From: an uncultured candidate division Zixibacteria bacterium
GTDB lineage: Bacteria; Zixibacteria; MSB-5A5; UBA10806
Length of the DNA: 64,000 bases
Direction of reading: 5' to 3'
NCBI GenBank assembly: GCA_963801605.1
Contig: CAWDFP010000009.1
Span: 7,694-71,693, forward strand
In this document: piece after piece, positions 47,647 to 58,219 of the stretch
Layout of the letters: each line of letters begins with the position of its first letter
Position numbering within the stretch: position 1 is the first letter of the stretch
Notes under the pieces: model-generated
Told to the model about the DNA's origin: nothing
What the model saw: the letters and a program-made list of their open reading frames with translations, nothing else
The model's database searches: none
Translations under genes and position numbers: made by a program

Positions 47647-48159
47647 CTACAACCAGAGCATCATTTCTTCATCATCAATATATCGACCATCCGGGAGTTT
47701 GAAGCCATGTAGAATCAGCCCGGTTGTGAAAAAGCCTAATGATGTATATAAAGTACGTGCCTCGGTCTGAGTCACAGATACTACCAGGGTTAGCATCTCC
47801 AATCCCTCAATCCTGCGCGCTTCTTCGATGAGGTGCTTCATTAGGGCTTTTGCTATGCCCTTGCCTCGCCCCTCGGGACGGGTATATACCGACCAGATCC
47901 AACCCCTGTGACGTTCCTTCAGCGAGTCTTCGCGCTTAAACGCTGCAGTCCCCATAATTCGCTCGCCATCGTAGGCTGCCAATACAAAGCTTTCCGGGAA
48001 AGTGTCGCGCGGTGACATCCACTCCAGAAGCTTTTCATCGGACATTCCTGCCACTTCTTCGGGCGTCTGACTGAATGCTTCCGGATGATTACGGCACATT
48101 TCGGTACGGATCTCCCGAAATGCGGTCATATCGAGCGGGGTAAGTTTTCGCATGTTCAT
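47647..48159 (-). CDS. GNAT-family N-acetyltransferase
   Basis: HPEAF, SVYTRPEGRGKGIA, ARTLYTSLGF, DDEEM. Confidence 0.88.
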   Translation of the reverse strand: MNMRKLTPLDMTAFREIRTEMCRNHPEAFSQTPEEVAGMSDEKLLEWMSPRDTFPESFVLAAYDGERIMGTAAFKREDSLKERHRGWIWSVYTRPEGRGKGIAKALMKHLIEEARRIEGLEMLTLVVSVTQTEARTLYTSLGFFTTGLILHGFKLPDGRYIDDEEMMLWL

Positions 48160-48291
48160 TTTAATATTCTTCTCCCAATCGTCTTCTTCAGCGGATAAGC
48201 AATTATGCGGAATCATGTTATAGCAAAATCAAAATTGGCTTTTCGAAAATATAATGACAATCGGTAAAAGAAGATCCTTTTGCGCCATTGC

Positions 48292-49599
48292 CTAATATTT
48301 CCGAATTAGATAAACTCCCTTTGCTTTGGAAACAACCTGCCACCCTGGATTCAGTTTCAAGGTGTATCCCTCGCCCATAATTGGGTTTCCTTCGAGCTTT
48401 TCCGGCGCGGCCAGCATGAAATAAGTCCAATTATTCTCCCGGATTATCCCATTCGTGACATCGAGGACACCAAAGTCACCGGAGAGCTTGATTGTCTTAT
48501 AAATTACGCCTATCGTATCGTACGGGACAAGCCTTTCCTGGGGGTTGAATGTCAGTTGCAGGTTATTATTGGGGATAATTAACTTCCCGTACTTGTCTAT
48601 TCGATTCTGAATATCTTTGGCAAGCTGTCCAGAATTTTGGGTCAAGATTACAGTTCTTAGCGCTTCGACATCGTATTTGCCACCTATAGCGTTAAAGGCA
48701 ATTTTCTGTTGCGCTTCTCCTTCAGGCGTGTGCCAGTTGATAGCGGCTGCCAATAACCCGGGCAGATCGGCGCCATTTTTCACTTTCTCCCGCCAATCGC
48801 CGCCAAATCGGTCAAGCAATAAGCCAATGGCCGGCCCTGTATAGTAGGCAAACGAATTAGCCAGTCCCTCGATGCTCTCACCTGACCGGAGTTTTCTGAC
48901 AACAACTTTCCCAAGAAGGGAATCGGGCGCGCCGCATAGCTTCATGCCTGTGTACTCGGCAATTCCCTCGGAGCGCTCAAATGCGTTTTCGTTATTAGCG
49001 GGGAATTGAGATTGACGGTATTTCCGCAATGTCAGTGCATCGGAAATAGCGTCTGCTCGTTCTCTACTGTTTGTAGCTTGAATCGCCCGGCCAAGGGCGC
49101 GGAATTCAAGTAAAATTAATAATCTTCCCTCGTTCTCATCGAGATGCACATTCGATGTCACCGTCTCTTGTATGCCAAGTTCGTTCTGAATCCTATGCCA
49201 GCTCTCGTGAATCAGGAGCATCGTTCGCTCAATCGGGCCAGTGTTGGAAAGAGCATCCCAACGGACCATAGTCCAATGAGTCCCCGACCAATCGATAGCG
49301 GTATTGGCCATGCCAACCTCGGGATCGATTTTTCCGATAAATACCCCGTTATCTTCGGTCAATTTTTTATTACGATCCGCTTGATTCGCGACCAACTCAA
49401 ACGTCTGAGGATCGACAATCATGGTCGGACCATATAATTGTACTCCCCAAAGCTTTCCACCGTCGGCATCGCAAGCCTTTTTCAACTCGGCATAGTATTG
49501 TCGAGCCAATGTCAGATCAATTATACCGGCCGCGGACGAAGCTGTGCCCGGCAATAATGACCACAGCCCGATTAGCAAAATGAAAAATATCTTTCTCAC
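48292..49599 (-). CDS. Secreted hypothetical protein with HExxH, possible gluzincin-like peptidase
   Basis: Signal peptide; LIHESWHRIQ and downstream EGIAEY. Confidence 0.55.
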   Translation of the reverse strand: MRKIFFILLIGLWSLLPGTASSAAGIIDLTLARQYYAELKKACDADGGKLWGVQLYGPTMIVDPQTFELVANQADRNKKLTEDNGVFIGKIDPEVGMANTAIDWSGTHWTMVRWDALSNTGPIERTMLLIHESWHRIQNELGIQETVTSNVHLDENEGRLLILLEFRALGRAIQATNSRERADAISDALTLRKYRQSQFPANNENAFERSEGIAEYTGMKLCGAPDSLLGKVVVRKLRSGESIEGLANSFAYYTGPAIGLLLDRFGGDWREKVKNGADLPGLLAAAINWHTPEGEAQQKIAFNAIGGKYDVEALRTVILTQNSGQLAKDIQNRIDKYGKLIIPNNNLQLTFNPQERLVPYDTIGVIYKTIKLSGDFGVLDVTNGIIRENNWTYFMLAAPEKLEGNPIMGEGYTLKLNPGWQVVSKAKGVYLIRKY

Positions 49600-49838
49600 G
49601 TTTTTCCCTCGATTACCCTGTTACATCGGTTTTTAGAATATTTCAATTTACGAATTCCCGGCAAAATATTAAGTTCCCTGATAAGTATATTACCTCGTTT
49701 AAAAAGCACTGGGTAAGAACTTTTCAGTTCTTACGCAGGTTATTTATAATAGAATACGAAGAACAAAGATAAAATGTTCTCCTTTTAATATGTGAATATT
49801 GATCTATTGCTAATCGAAGCTTTTCAAGGGAAGGGTAT

Positions 49839-50399
49839 ATGAGGAAATTAATTGTACAGATGATGGTGTCCATCGATGGCTATTTCGAGGGAACTCGCGG
49901 GGAACTTGACTGGCATGTAGTGGATAGCGAATTCAATGATTTCGCTATAGAAAATCTGAAAAAGATTGATACTCTTGTATTTGGACGGCTTACCTACCAG
50001 CTAATGGCCGGTTACTGGCCATCCAAAGATGCGCTCGCCGACGATCCCATTGTAGCCGGATTTATGAACAGAATGGCCAAGGTAGTGTTTTCGGAATCGC
50101 TCGATAAAGTCGAATGGAGCAATTCGAGACTGGTAAAGAGCGACCCGGCTGCGGAGATAAAAAGACTCAAAAAATTGCCAGGTAACGAAATTGCCATCTT
50201 CGGGAGTTCCCTGCTGACCGCGGGATTAATAGACCAGAACCTCATAGATGAATATCGCATAATGGTCAATCCCGTGCTATTGGGCGACGGTAACTCTCTT
50301 TTCAAAGGGATAAAAATCAGGCTAAAATTAAAATTGGTAAATACACAAATTTTCAAATCGGGTAATGTGCTTTTATGCTATCATCCGATAGATAGTTAA
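49839..50399 (+). CDS. Dihydrofolate reductase-like (RibD C-terminal domain) protein
   Basis: SIDGY, FGRLTY, KVVFS, FGSSLL, LIDEYRIMVNPVLLGDG. Confidence 0.88.
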   Translation: MRKLIVQMMVSIDGYFEGTRGELDWHVVDSEFNDFAIENLKKIDTLVFGRLTYQLMAGYWPSKDALADDPIVAGFMNRMAKVVFSESLDKVEWSNSRLVKSDPAAEIKRLKKLPGNEIAIFGSSLLTAGLIDQNLIDEYRIMVNPVLLGDGNSLFKGIKIRLKLKLVNTQIFKSGNVLLCYHPIDS

Positions 50400-50528
50400 G
50401 TGATTTCTGGCTATTACGTCTTATCTAAAATACTCGATTGCCTAAAAGGAGAATTACAATTCTGTGAAATTATATATTCAGTTCGTACGTAATTGATATA
50501 CGGCAGTTTCAATTCTGTTTGGCATATA

Positions 50529-51221
50529 TTACTCTCTAAGGGCAAAATCCACAGCGGCCCGGCAATGGATTTCAAGCGTATCAAGAAGGGGCAAATCCGT
50601 ATCCTTGGGTTTAATTAGAAGCGGAATTTCGGTGCAACCAAGAATTATAGCCTGGGCTCCCTTTGCTCTGAGGCCCTCCATAATCTCAAGAAATCGTGAT
50701 TTTGATTTTTCCAATATTACGTTCTTGAGTAGTTCTTGGATTATGGTTGCATGAATGAATTCGATGTCATTTTTCTCGGGCACAAGGACATCAATATTCT
50801 TTTGTCGAAGCTTCTCTTTATAGAATTCTTGCTCCATGGTAATCCTGGTACCTAGAAGACCGACCCTTGTAAATTGTCGAGCGTTAATTTCTTTGGCGGT
50901 AGCCTCGGCTACGTGAACCAACGGCAGTTTCGTTTTCGTTGATAATTCATCAGCGAATTGATGCAGCGTATTGGCGCATAGAAGCAGGCACTCGGCGCCG
51001 GCGGATTCAAGCTTACCTGCTGCATCGAGTACCATATTATAAACACCTCTGGCGTCGCCGCGCCTGTTAAAGGCGTCAATTTCGGAATAATTAAACGAAT
51101 AGAGCACGCACTTGGCGAAATTAAGCCCGCCAAGCTTTTCGTTGGTCATTTCATTTATATTTTTATAATATTCGAGAGTCGATATCCAGCCGGTCCCGCC
51201 AATTAATCCGATTATTTTCAT
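50529..51221 (-). CDS. Aspartate/glutamate racemase family (YgeA/RacX-like)
   Basis: IGLIGGTGWIST.EYY, CANTLH, GLLGT, LGCTEIPL (both catalytic Cys present). Confidence 0.9.
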   Translation of the reverse strand: MKIIGLIGGTGWISTLEYYKNINEMTNEKLGGLNFAKCVLYSFNYSEIDAFNRRGDARGVYNMVLDAAGKLESAGAECLLLCANTLHQFADELSTKTKLPLVHVAEATAKEINARQFTRVGLLGTRITMEQEFYKEKLRQKNIDVLVPEKNDIEFIHATIIQELLKNVILEKSKSRFLEIMEGLRAKGAQAIILGCTEIPLLIKPKDTDLPLLDTLEIHCRAAVDFALRE

Positions 51222-51287
51222 GTCGATTACTCACTTTTCCCGATATATCCCATATTTTAATAGAGTTCATTTACCTCAAGCTATGAT

Positions 51288-51866
51288 TTAATTTCGCATT
51301 CGTGGTTTGAAATATTGAACTTCCGTATACTTTGTGAGCATCATCTTACGCATGAATAGGCTTGACGCCTTACTCCGCTTTTTAAATTTCGGAAAAAGCC
51401 ATACAGAGTATACCACGATCAAAAGAGCTATATCAATAGTCAGGATTATCGGGTTATCCCAGCCGATCCCATTGACTTTGAAATTTGATATCGGCCAGAT
51501 GAAAGGCGTCGGAAATAGTGCCAGAGAATGTGTCGGGATATCGATCAGAATATGCAGTCCCCAGGCGGCGATAACCCATACCGGTTTTTTAGCTACAATC
51601 CAGATTACAGAGAAGACCAAGACGAAAATGATCAAGCTGTGAGTAATATTATATAGATTTTGGGCAAACAAAGGGTAATCAGTGATATTGGGATGACCAT
51701 GTTCCCAACCCGGCATTCCGCCTATTCCTAAAAGATAAAGAGCGCCAAAGAGCCCCTCCGTGAGTATGTCGGGTAATATAGAAATGACCGCGGCCAGCAG
51801 AAAAAGCTTTTTGCTCCTTCTTCCGAAAGAGACACCGCCCCAAAGAGCATGCGACACGAAATCCAT
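51288..51866 (-). CDS. Membrane-bound metal-dependent hydrolase (YdjM-like)
   Basis: MDFVSHALW, LPD, THSL, HILIDIPTH, P..WP. Confidence 0.75.
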   Translation of the reverse strand: MDFVSHALWGGVSFGRRSKKLFLLAAVISILPDILTEGLFGALYLLGIGGMPGWEHGHPNITDYPLFAQNLYNITHSLIIFVLVFSVIWIVAKKPVWVIAAWGLHILIDIPTHSLALFPTPFIWPISNFKVNGIGWDNPIILTIDIALLIVVYSVWLFPKFKKRSKASSLFMRKMMLTKYTEVQYFKPRMRN

Positions 51867-51970
51867 AAGCTCATTTTATATCAACTGAATAATTTGAGCA
51901 ACAATTATTAAATCATAACCCATGACGATAAATTAGAATTTCAATAAGCTACAGATTTCCTGTGAATTTA

Positions 51971-52013
51971 AAATTATCCCCCGGTAGGATCATAACCCGT
52001 CCGGGGGTAATTT
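51971..52013 (-). terminator. Stem-loop terminator after the Sel1 gene
   Basis: AAATTATCCCCCGG...CCGGGGGTAATTT. Confidence 0.6.
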
Positions 52014-52064
52014 GGTTTGTGAGTGAGATTCATCCCACCAGGAATCTTATTTAAATGATAGCGG

Positions 52065-52885
52065 CTATTTCCGTTTGGCAATCCATTCCTGAGCCAGTTT
52101 CTTTGCCTGTGTCAACTGTTCTGGGTTAATTCACTTCCGATCTTATCACGCGCTTCTCCCATCCCTTTTTTCTGCTCTGGGTTTTCGCACCCTTCGACAG
52201 CCGCCGAAATCAGGGCATACGCCTCAACATTATCCTTGTTTACGCCAATTCCCTTATTATAGAAATTTCCCAACATCCATTGAGCGTCCACACTGCCGAG
52301 ATCGGCGCCTTTTCGAAACAATTTTTCGGCTTCAACCGAATCAGCCTTGACTCCATTTCCCCATAAATATAACTGGGCCAGATGAAACATAGCCTCAGTA
52401 TGATTCTGCTCGGCTGCCATACGATACCATTTCGCTGCTTCCGCCGGATCGGCCTTGACACCGCCCGGGATTCTTTCGCCGGCCTGGTAGAACATCCCCA
52501 GGCTTGTCTGGCAGTCAGAATTCCCCTTCTCGGCGCCACTGCGGAAATAGCTCATCGCCTTGGTCATATCCAATGTGACACCCATCCCATTAGAATACGC
52601 CACTCCCAAATCATACCAGGCGCTTGTCTTGCCGACATCGGCGGCCTTCTGAATCCATTGCAGGCCTTCGACTGCGTTGGTGTCTACTCCCTGCCCCTGA
52701 ACCAGCCGTTCACCATACTCCAGCATAGCATCGGCATTACCCTTCATGGCGAGTGTCTTCAATTCGTCGATAGGAGTAGTTGAGTCGATCTTCTGCGGTT
52801 CCCCAAATGCCAAGGCGGCCCATAGCATTAAGGCGGCGATCGTCAATTGCGCGAAACTCCGCCCGAACTGTTTCCTGAGTTGCAT
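52065..52885 (-). CDS. Secreted Sel1-like repeat protein (one missing base near the 3' end)
   Basis: Signal peptide, five A...LG..Y..G.GV..D..EA..W..AA Sel1 repeats; frame correction gives LTPEQLTQAKKLAQEWIAKRK*. Confidence 0.88.
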
Positions 52886-52977
52886 GATTGATTCCTTTGT
52901 TTGTTGTGGCTTATATCTGGGTTTCTAATATTCTGTCAAACCAATTTGAACTTCAAGGTCAGCTTTGAAGGAACATA

Positions 52978-53666
52978 CTACCTATCGATTCCAGGCTCAA
53001 TATCGGTATCACTTTTATCACCTCGATATAGATAGATTCCCGCAAGTAATAACGGGACCCCTATAACTATTGCCGTAACAAGTTGTCCCCAATTATTTCT
53101 TAATCTGACGATAAAAATCATCGATGCAATAGCTACTATAATGATAATTGCTCCGGCTAATCTCGGGAATTTTCTCGATAATAATCCTATACCGGCAATA
53201 ATCAATCCCGGAATTATAGACATTATAGATTCCTACAAAGGATCCGGCGTCGAACGATGAAAACAAGCGCCACTAACAAACCAACCGAGATGATAATTTT
53301 GGGTGTAGTTTCGCGAAAATTCCTGGTAAGGATCACGTTGAATAAGGCTTTGGCCGTGAGCCCTACAATAATCGTCGTAATAAACATCTCGAAATCGTGG
53401 TTGTTTTCGGCGCTAAGCTTAATTGCGAAAATTACGCAGACTATTATCATCACGGCAAAACCGATATTACTTGAACGGTAATGGATGGTTAATTGACGCT
53501 CATCGACGTAGCGCTTGGCGACCCCCAGAGATGCCAGCGTTGGACGAAGCAGATATGACCCGATCATCAATGCCAGCCAAAATTGGTTCTGTGTCGCCGC
53601 AAAAAGCCCGAGAGCCAATATGAAAATGCCACTGGCCCACCAAAATATGGGATCTTTCTTAAACAC
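52978..53666 (-). CDS. Membrane protein (DUF2178-like N-terminus), probably one CDS split by an indel
   Basis: VDERQLTIHYRSS motif; two abutting hydrophobic ORFs (53223-53666, 52978-53223); overlaps the HTH gene stop. Confidence 0.55.
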
Positions 53667-53868
53667 GGTCTTTTTCCTCCAGGTAGAATAGTTGATCGAC
53701 TGTTGTTCCTAATTTTTCTGCCAGGAGCAGTGCCAGCTTCACTGATGGCGCATAATCGCCATGCTCTATCGATACGATAGTCTGCCGCGATACTCCTACC
53801 ATATCTGCCAATTGCTGCTGACTTAGCTCGCCGCGATCGAATCTAAACCTTCTAAGATTTGTCTTCAT
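53659..53868 (-). CDS. XRE/Cro-family HTH transcriptional regulator
   Basis: LSQQQLADMVGVSRQTIVSIEHGDYAPSVKLAL...VDQLF. Confidence 0.92.
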   Translation of the reverse strand: MKTNLRRFRFDRGELSQQQLADMVGVSRQTIVSIEHGDYAPSVKLALLLAEKLGTTVDQLFYLEEKDRV

Positions 53869-53914
53869 AACTTCCTACACCTCAATCCTCACCATTGAAT
53901 TCGGCATTATATAC

Positions 53915-53943
53915 ATTATTCTTGACATATTGTCAAGAATAAT
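53915..53943. promoter_or_regulatory. Perfect 13-bp inverted repeat upstream of the XRE gene, likely operator
   Basis: ATTATTCTTGACA-TAT-TGTCAAGAATAAT. Confidence 0.6.
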
Positions 53944-54243
53944 ACACATCATGACAAACATAATTGTCATTATTTATAAGCTATTAGGTTGCTTCACGAT
54001 ACGCGCATTGAGCCCAGCCGATTTTATTCGCGTCCCTTACCGGACACCATGTTTCGGTTTAAGTTGTACTATGTTGAAATTTTATGTAGTGATTTTTGAT
54101 AGAATCTTTAATCCCATTGTTGCACTATTGTTTTAACATCCTGCTATGACGTCGATAAAGCGTTAGGAGAGGGTTCACTTATCTTTCTCCGATAACAAGG
54201 GCTTAGAATCGGGAAATGTAAAATTAATTAAAGGAATTTACCG

Positions 54244-55383
54244 ATGAAGATTAAGCAGACGATATGGCAAAGGGACAAAGGCTGGGATCAGGAAGCTCTG
54301 GGCGGCCTTGATGAAGATCCGCAGCTTGTCTTAGTGTTTGGCGGTAATTCGGCGCTGGCAGATCCGAATGTTTTGGGTGAAGTTCAGGATGCTTATCATG
54401 GCGCTAATGTATTTGGATGCTCAACGGCCGGGGAAATTCGTGGAACGCGTGTATTTGATGATTCGCTGGTGGTAACTGCTGTCCACTTTGAGCATTCTGA
54501 GGTAAGAGGGGCTCGAACGAAGGTCCTTGATAGCACCTGCAGCTATGATGCCGGCAGATATCTTGCTGAAAATATCGAAAAAGCCGGATTAAAGCACGCA
54601 TTCGTACTATCAGATGGGCTCAATGTAAACGGCAGTGAATTAGTTAAGGGCCTGATGGACAATCTTCCGAGCGATGTTTCGCTAACCGGGGGTCTCTCGG
54701 GCGATGGCGCCAGTTTCCAGCGAACTCATGTCATCTGGGATGGCGTACCTGAGCGGGATACGGTTGCTATCCTTGGTTTCTATGGCGAGAGGTTAAAAGT
54801 TGGATATGGTTCTAAAGGAGGATGGGATTCTTTCGGTCCTGAGAGAGTTGTCACTCGATCCAAGGGAAATGTTCTCTATGAGCTGGATGGCCGGTCAGCA
54901 CTTGACCTTTATAAACAATATCTTGGGGAACACGCTGCTGGTTTACCGGCGACAGGTCTGCTTTTCCCTCTGAGTCTTCGAAGCGAGGAAGGCCGAACCG
55001 GAGTCGTACGGACCGTTTTGGCGATTAACGAGGATCAACAGAGTATGACATATGCAGGGGATTTACCCGAAGGTTCATATGCCCGATTGATGAAAGCAAA
55101 TTTCGATCGTTTGATTGATGGTGCCGGAGGGGCGGCAAGTGTATGCCGTCAGGGAATCAGTCCATCATCATCTGAGCTGGCCATCCTCATAAGTTGTGTT
55201 GGCAGGAAGATGGTTCTCAAGCAGAGAATTGAGGAAGAAGTGGAAAGCGTACAGGAAGTCCTGGGCTCGCAATCGATTCTCACGGGTTTCTATTCGTATG
55301 GAGAAATATCTCCGTTTACTCAAAGCGCAAAACCCGAATTACATAACCAGACAATGACAATCACTGCCTTATCGGAGAAATAA
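54244..55383 (+). CDS. FIST N+C domain sensor protein (NosP-type family)
   Basis: FGCSTAGEI, DGLNVNGS, GGLSGD, GW..FG...VTRS.GN...ELDG, SCVGRK, GFYSYGEI, LHNQTMT. Confidence 0.92.
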   Translation: MKIKQTIWQRDKGWDQEALGGLDEDPQLVLVFGGNSALADPNVLGEVQDAYHGANVFGCSTAGEIRGTRVFDDSLVVTAVHFEHSEVRGARTKVLDSTCSYDAGRYLAENIEKAGLKHAFVLSDGLNVNGSELVKGLMDNLPSDVSLTGGLSGDGASFQRTHVIWDGVPERDTVAILGFYGERLKVGYGSKGGWDSFGPERVVTRSKGNVLYELDGRSALDLYKQYLGEHAAGLPATGLLFPLSLRSEEGRTGVVRTVLAINEDQQSMTYAGDLPEGSYARLMKANFDRLIDGAGGAASVCRQGISPSSSELAILISCVGRKMVLKQRIEEEVESVQEVLGSQSILTGFYSYGEISPFTQSAKPELHNQTMTITALSEK

Positions 55384-55388
55384 GTAGA

Positions 55389-58034
55389 TTGTTAGCAAAA
55401 GTTCACAGTTTGCTTCGCCGGCAGCTTGCTCGATTTTTCGGCCAGGCCGAAAATGTCCCCAGGGATTTACTGGGCTTTGTCACGGCTGTAAATGACGCTT
55501 ATTGCCAGTTCGATGAAGATCGGGCAATGCTTGAACGGTCTTTGGATATGAGTTCGCAAGAATTGTTGCAGGCAAATTCTGATATGCGCGCTATTTTTCA
55601 AGTCCTTCCAGATTTATTTTTCAGACTCGATAGCGAGGGAACAATACTCGATTACAAAGCCGGCAGCGAAACAGATTTCTATGCCGATCCCAAATATTTG
55701 ATAGGCAGGCGTATTCAGGATATTCCGGTTCCGTCGGCCAGTTTGATATTTGACCAGGCGGTTCAAAAAATAAAAAAATCAAAATCGCAGGTTAGTGCCG
55801 AGTATTCTTTGAAAGTCCAGAATCGCGTAGTTTTCTATGAGGCCAGATTCCTGCCGTTACCCGGAAATGAGATAATAACCATAATTCGCGATATTACGGA
55901 GCACAAAAAGGCCGAAAAAGAACAGCGCGACAGAGAAGAATTGTTTAGTGCTACACTTGAATCGACCGCAGATGGCATTCTGGTCGTCGATGAAAATGGT
56001 GTTGTCACGCATACGAATGCTCGCTTCGCTGATATTTGGCATGTTAAGCGAGAGCATGTAGAAAAGTGTAGTAGTAAAGCACTGCTCAAACACATGCTTA
56101 TCCAGCTAAAGGAGCGACGGGCATTTATAACCAGAGTTCGCGAACTCTACCGGCAACCCGATGTAATATTCGATACGCTTTTCTTGAAGGATGGACGGGT
56201 TTTTGAACTGGCTGCCTATCCTCTAAATAAGGAAGGAGTGATGGCGGGTCGAGTATGGAGTTTTCATGACGTGACGGAGCGAAAGGTAGCTGAGGGACGA
56301 GTTGCATGTTTGAATCTATTAAAGGAGAAATTGCTTGGGCCAGGGGATCTAAGCGATAAACTTCACAAAATTACGGATACAGTGGTTGATGCCTTAAATG
56401 CCGATTTCGCCCGCATCTGGGTCGTTAAGCAAGGGGACCTGTGTGATTCAGGTTGTTATCATGCCACCATAAAAAACGGCCCGCATATTTGTCGCTCTCG
56501 AAAACTCTGTCTGCATCTCAAAGCCAGTTCAGGACGGTACACCCATCTCGATGGCAAATTACATCGAAGAGTGCCATTTGGGTGTTATAAAATAGGCCGT
56601 ATCGCATCAGGAGACGAACCGGAATTTCTTACAAACGATGTTACCAATGATATTCGCGTGCATGATCGCGATTGGGCATCGCAACTTGGTTTGGTATCTT
56701 TCGCGGGGCAACGAGTTCTCTCTGCAGATGGTAAGCCAATAGGGGTTTTGGCCTTTTTTGGAAAGAACACTATTTCTCAGGATGAGTTTGCTTTCGGTGA
56801 AGCACTCGCCAGCACCGCATCTCAAGTTATTCAGACAGCTATGGCCGAGGATCAACGACTGGAACTGCAGGAAAAACTCGACCGTGCTGAGCGCATGGAG
56901 TCGTTAGGTATCCTTGCAGGAGGCGTTGCCCATGACCTTAACAACATGCTTGGACCCTTAGTCGGCTACCCCGAACTTATTTTAATGAAACTGCCTAAAG
57001 ACAGTCCAGTTCGCAAACAAATCGAGCGGGTAGGAAACGCGGCCCGGGATGCAGCAGATGTGATTCAGGATCTTCTTACGTTGGCAAGGCGCGGACGCTA
57101 CGAAATGGAACCCATCAATTTAAACGAGGTTGTACAGACCTACCTTGAATCGCCGGGTTTTGCCCAAATATGTGAACGGCATCGGGGTGTTTCAGTTAAT
57201 ACTGCCTTAAGCGAGTCACTTCCTTGTATTTCCGGATCTTCTGCGCACTTGTCCAAGGTTGTAATGAATCTTATTGTCAACGCCTTCGATGCCATGCCGC
57301 ACGGCGGTACGCTAAATGTGGAAACATCTACAAAGCTGCTAAGCCGCCTGCAAAACGGCTATGATCACATCATCCCTGACGAATATGTACTCCTAAGTGT
57401 CCGCGATTCGGGAATAGGCATCGCCGAAGAAGATATGGCCAAAATATTTGAACCTTATTACTCTAAGAAACGCATGGGCACTAGCGGAAGCGGGCTGGGT
57501 TTGTCGGTGGTTTATGGCGTTGTTAAGGACCATCATGGATATTATGATGTCATATCGGAGGTAAATAAAGGTACGCAATTCATAGTATATTTCCCTGTTT
57601 GTAAAGACGCGCAATCGAAAACGGGGCCCGATTCGAATGTCGTAGGAGGTACCGAGAGTATTCTCGTGATCGATGATTCGACCGAGCAGCGTGAGTTCGC
57701 AGTTGATGTCTTATCCAGTCTCGGATACGATGTTAGAACGGCGGAAAACGGAACCGAAGGAGTGCGCTACCTTAAAGAGGACAGGATTAATTTGGTTCTG
57801 CTGGATATGATTATGGAACCTGGTTTTGACGGGTTAGACACTTACCGTGAGATAATCAAGTTACATCCCGATCAAAAGGTGATAATTGCAAGCGGATTCG
57901 CAGCAACCGATCGAGTTGAACTAGCGCAAAAACTTGGCGCTGGTGCCTATGTTAAAAAACCGTATACGAGACAAATAATTGCAAGGGCAGTGCGTCAAGA
58001 GCTTGATAAAATACCTTCGGCTATTATAAGTTGA
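55389..58034 (+). CDS. Hybrid sensor histidine kinase (PAS-PAS-GAF-HisKA-HATPase-REC)
   Basis: HSLLRRQL N-terminus, two PAS domains, Cys-rich GAF, LAGGVAHDLNNML, NAFDAM, DSGIGI, GSGLGLS, receiver LLDMIM...KP. Confidence 0.93.
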   Translation: MLAKVHSLLRRQLARFFGQAENVPRDLLGFVTAVNDAYCQFDEDRAMLERSLDMSSQELLQANSDMRAIFQVLPDLFFRLDSEGTILDYKAGSETDFYADPKYLIGRRIQDIPVPSASLIFDQAVQKIKKSKSQVSAEYSLKVQNRVVFYEARFLPLPGNEIITIIRDITEHKKAEKEQRDREELFSATLESTADGILVVDENGVVTHTNARFADIWHVKREHVEKCSSKALLKHMLIQLKERRAFITRVRELYRQPDVIFDTLFLKDGRVFELAAYPLNKEGVMAGRVWSFHDVTERKVAEGRVACLNLLKEKLLGPGDLSDKLHKITDTVVDALNADFARIWVVKQGDLCDSGCYHATIKNGPHICRSRKLCLHLKASSGRYTHLDGKLHRRVPFGCYKIGRIASGDEPEFLTNDVTNDIRVHDRDWASQLGLVSFAGQRVLSADGKPIGVLAFFGKNTISQDEFAFGEALASTASQVIQTAMAEDQRLELQEKLDRAERMESLGILAGGVAHDLNNMLGPLVGYPELILMKLPKDSPVRKQIERVGNAARDAADVIQDLLTLARRGRYEMEPINLNEVVQTYLESPGFAQICERHRGVSVNTALSESLPCISGSSAHLSKVVMNLIVNAFDAMPHGGTLNVETSTKLLSRLQNGYDHIIPDEYVLLSVRDSGIGIAEEDMAKIFEPYYSKKRMGTSGSGLGLSVVYGVVKDHHGYYDVISEVNKGTQFIVYFPVCKDAQSKTGPDSNVVGGTESILVIDDSTEQREFAVDVLSSLGYDVRTAENGTEGVRYLKEDRINLVLLDMIMEPGFDGLDTYREIIKLHPDQKVIIASGFAATDRVELAQKLGAGAYVKKPYTRQIIARAVRQELDKIPSAIIS

Positions 58035-58219
58035 ATGGATTAATACTTCCTTTAATAAAATAATGCATTTTCTATACTGAATTTTTATATAGATACCGCA
58101 TTCATATTGATTACTTCCCGATTCTCAAATAATTGACTGATATTTATATCAAATACTTGTACTCGGTCTTGCTCATTACTATATCGATTTTATTACTTTG
58201 AGACAATAAATCGATTTAA

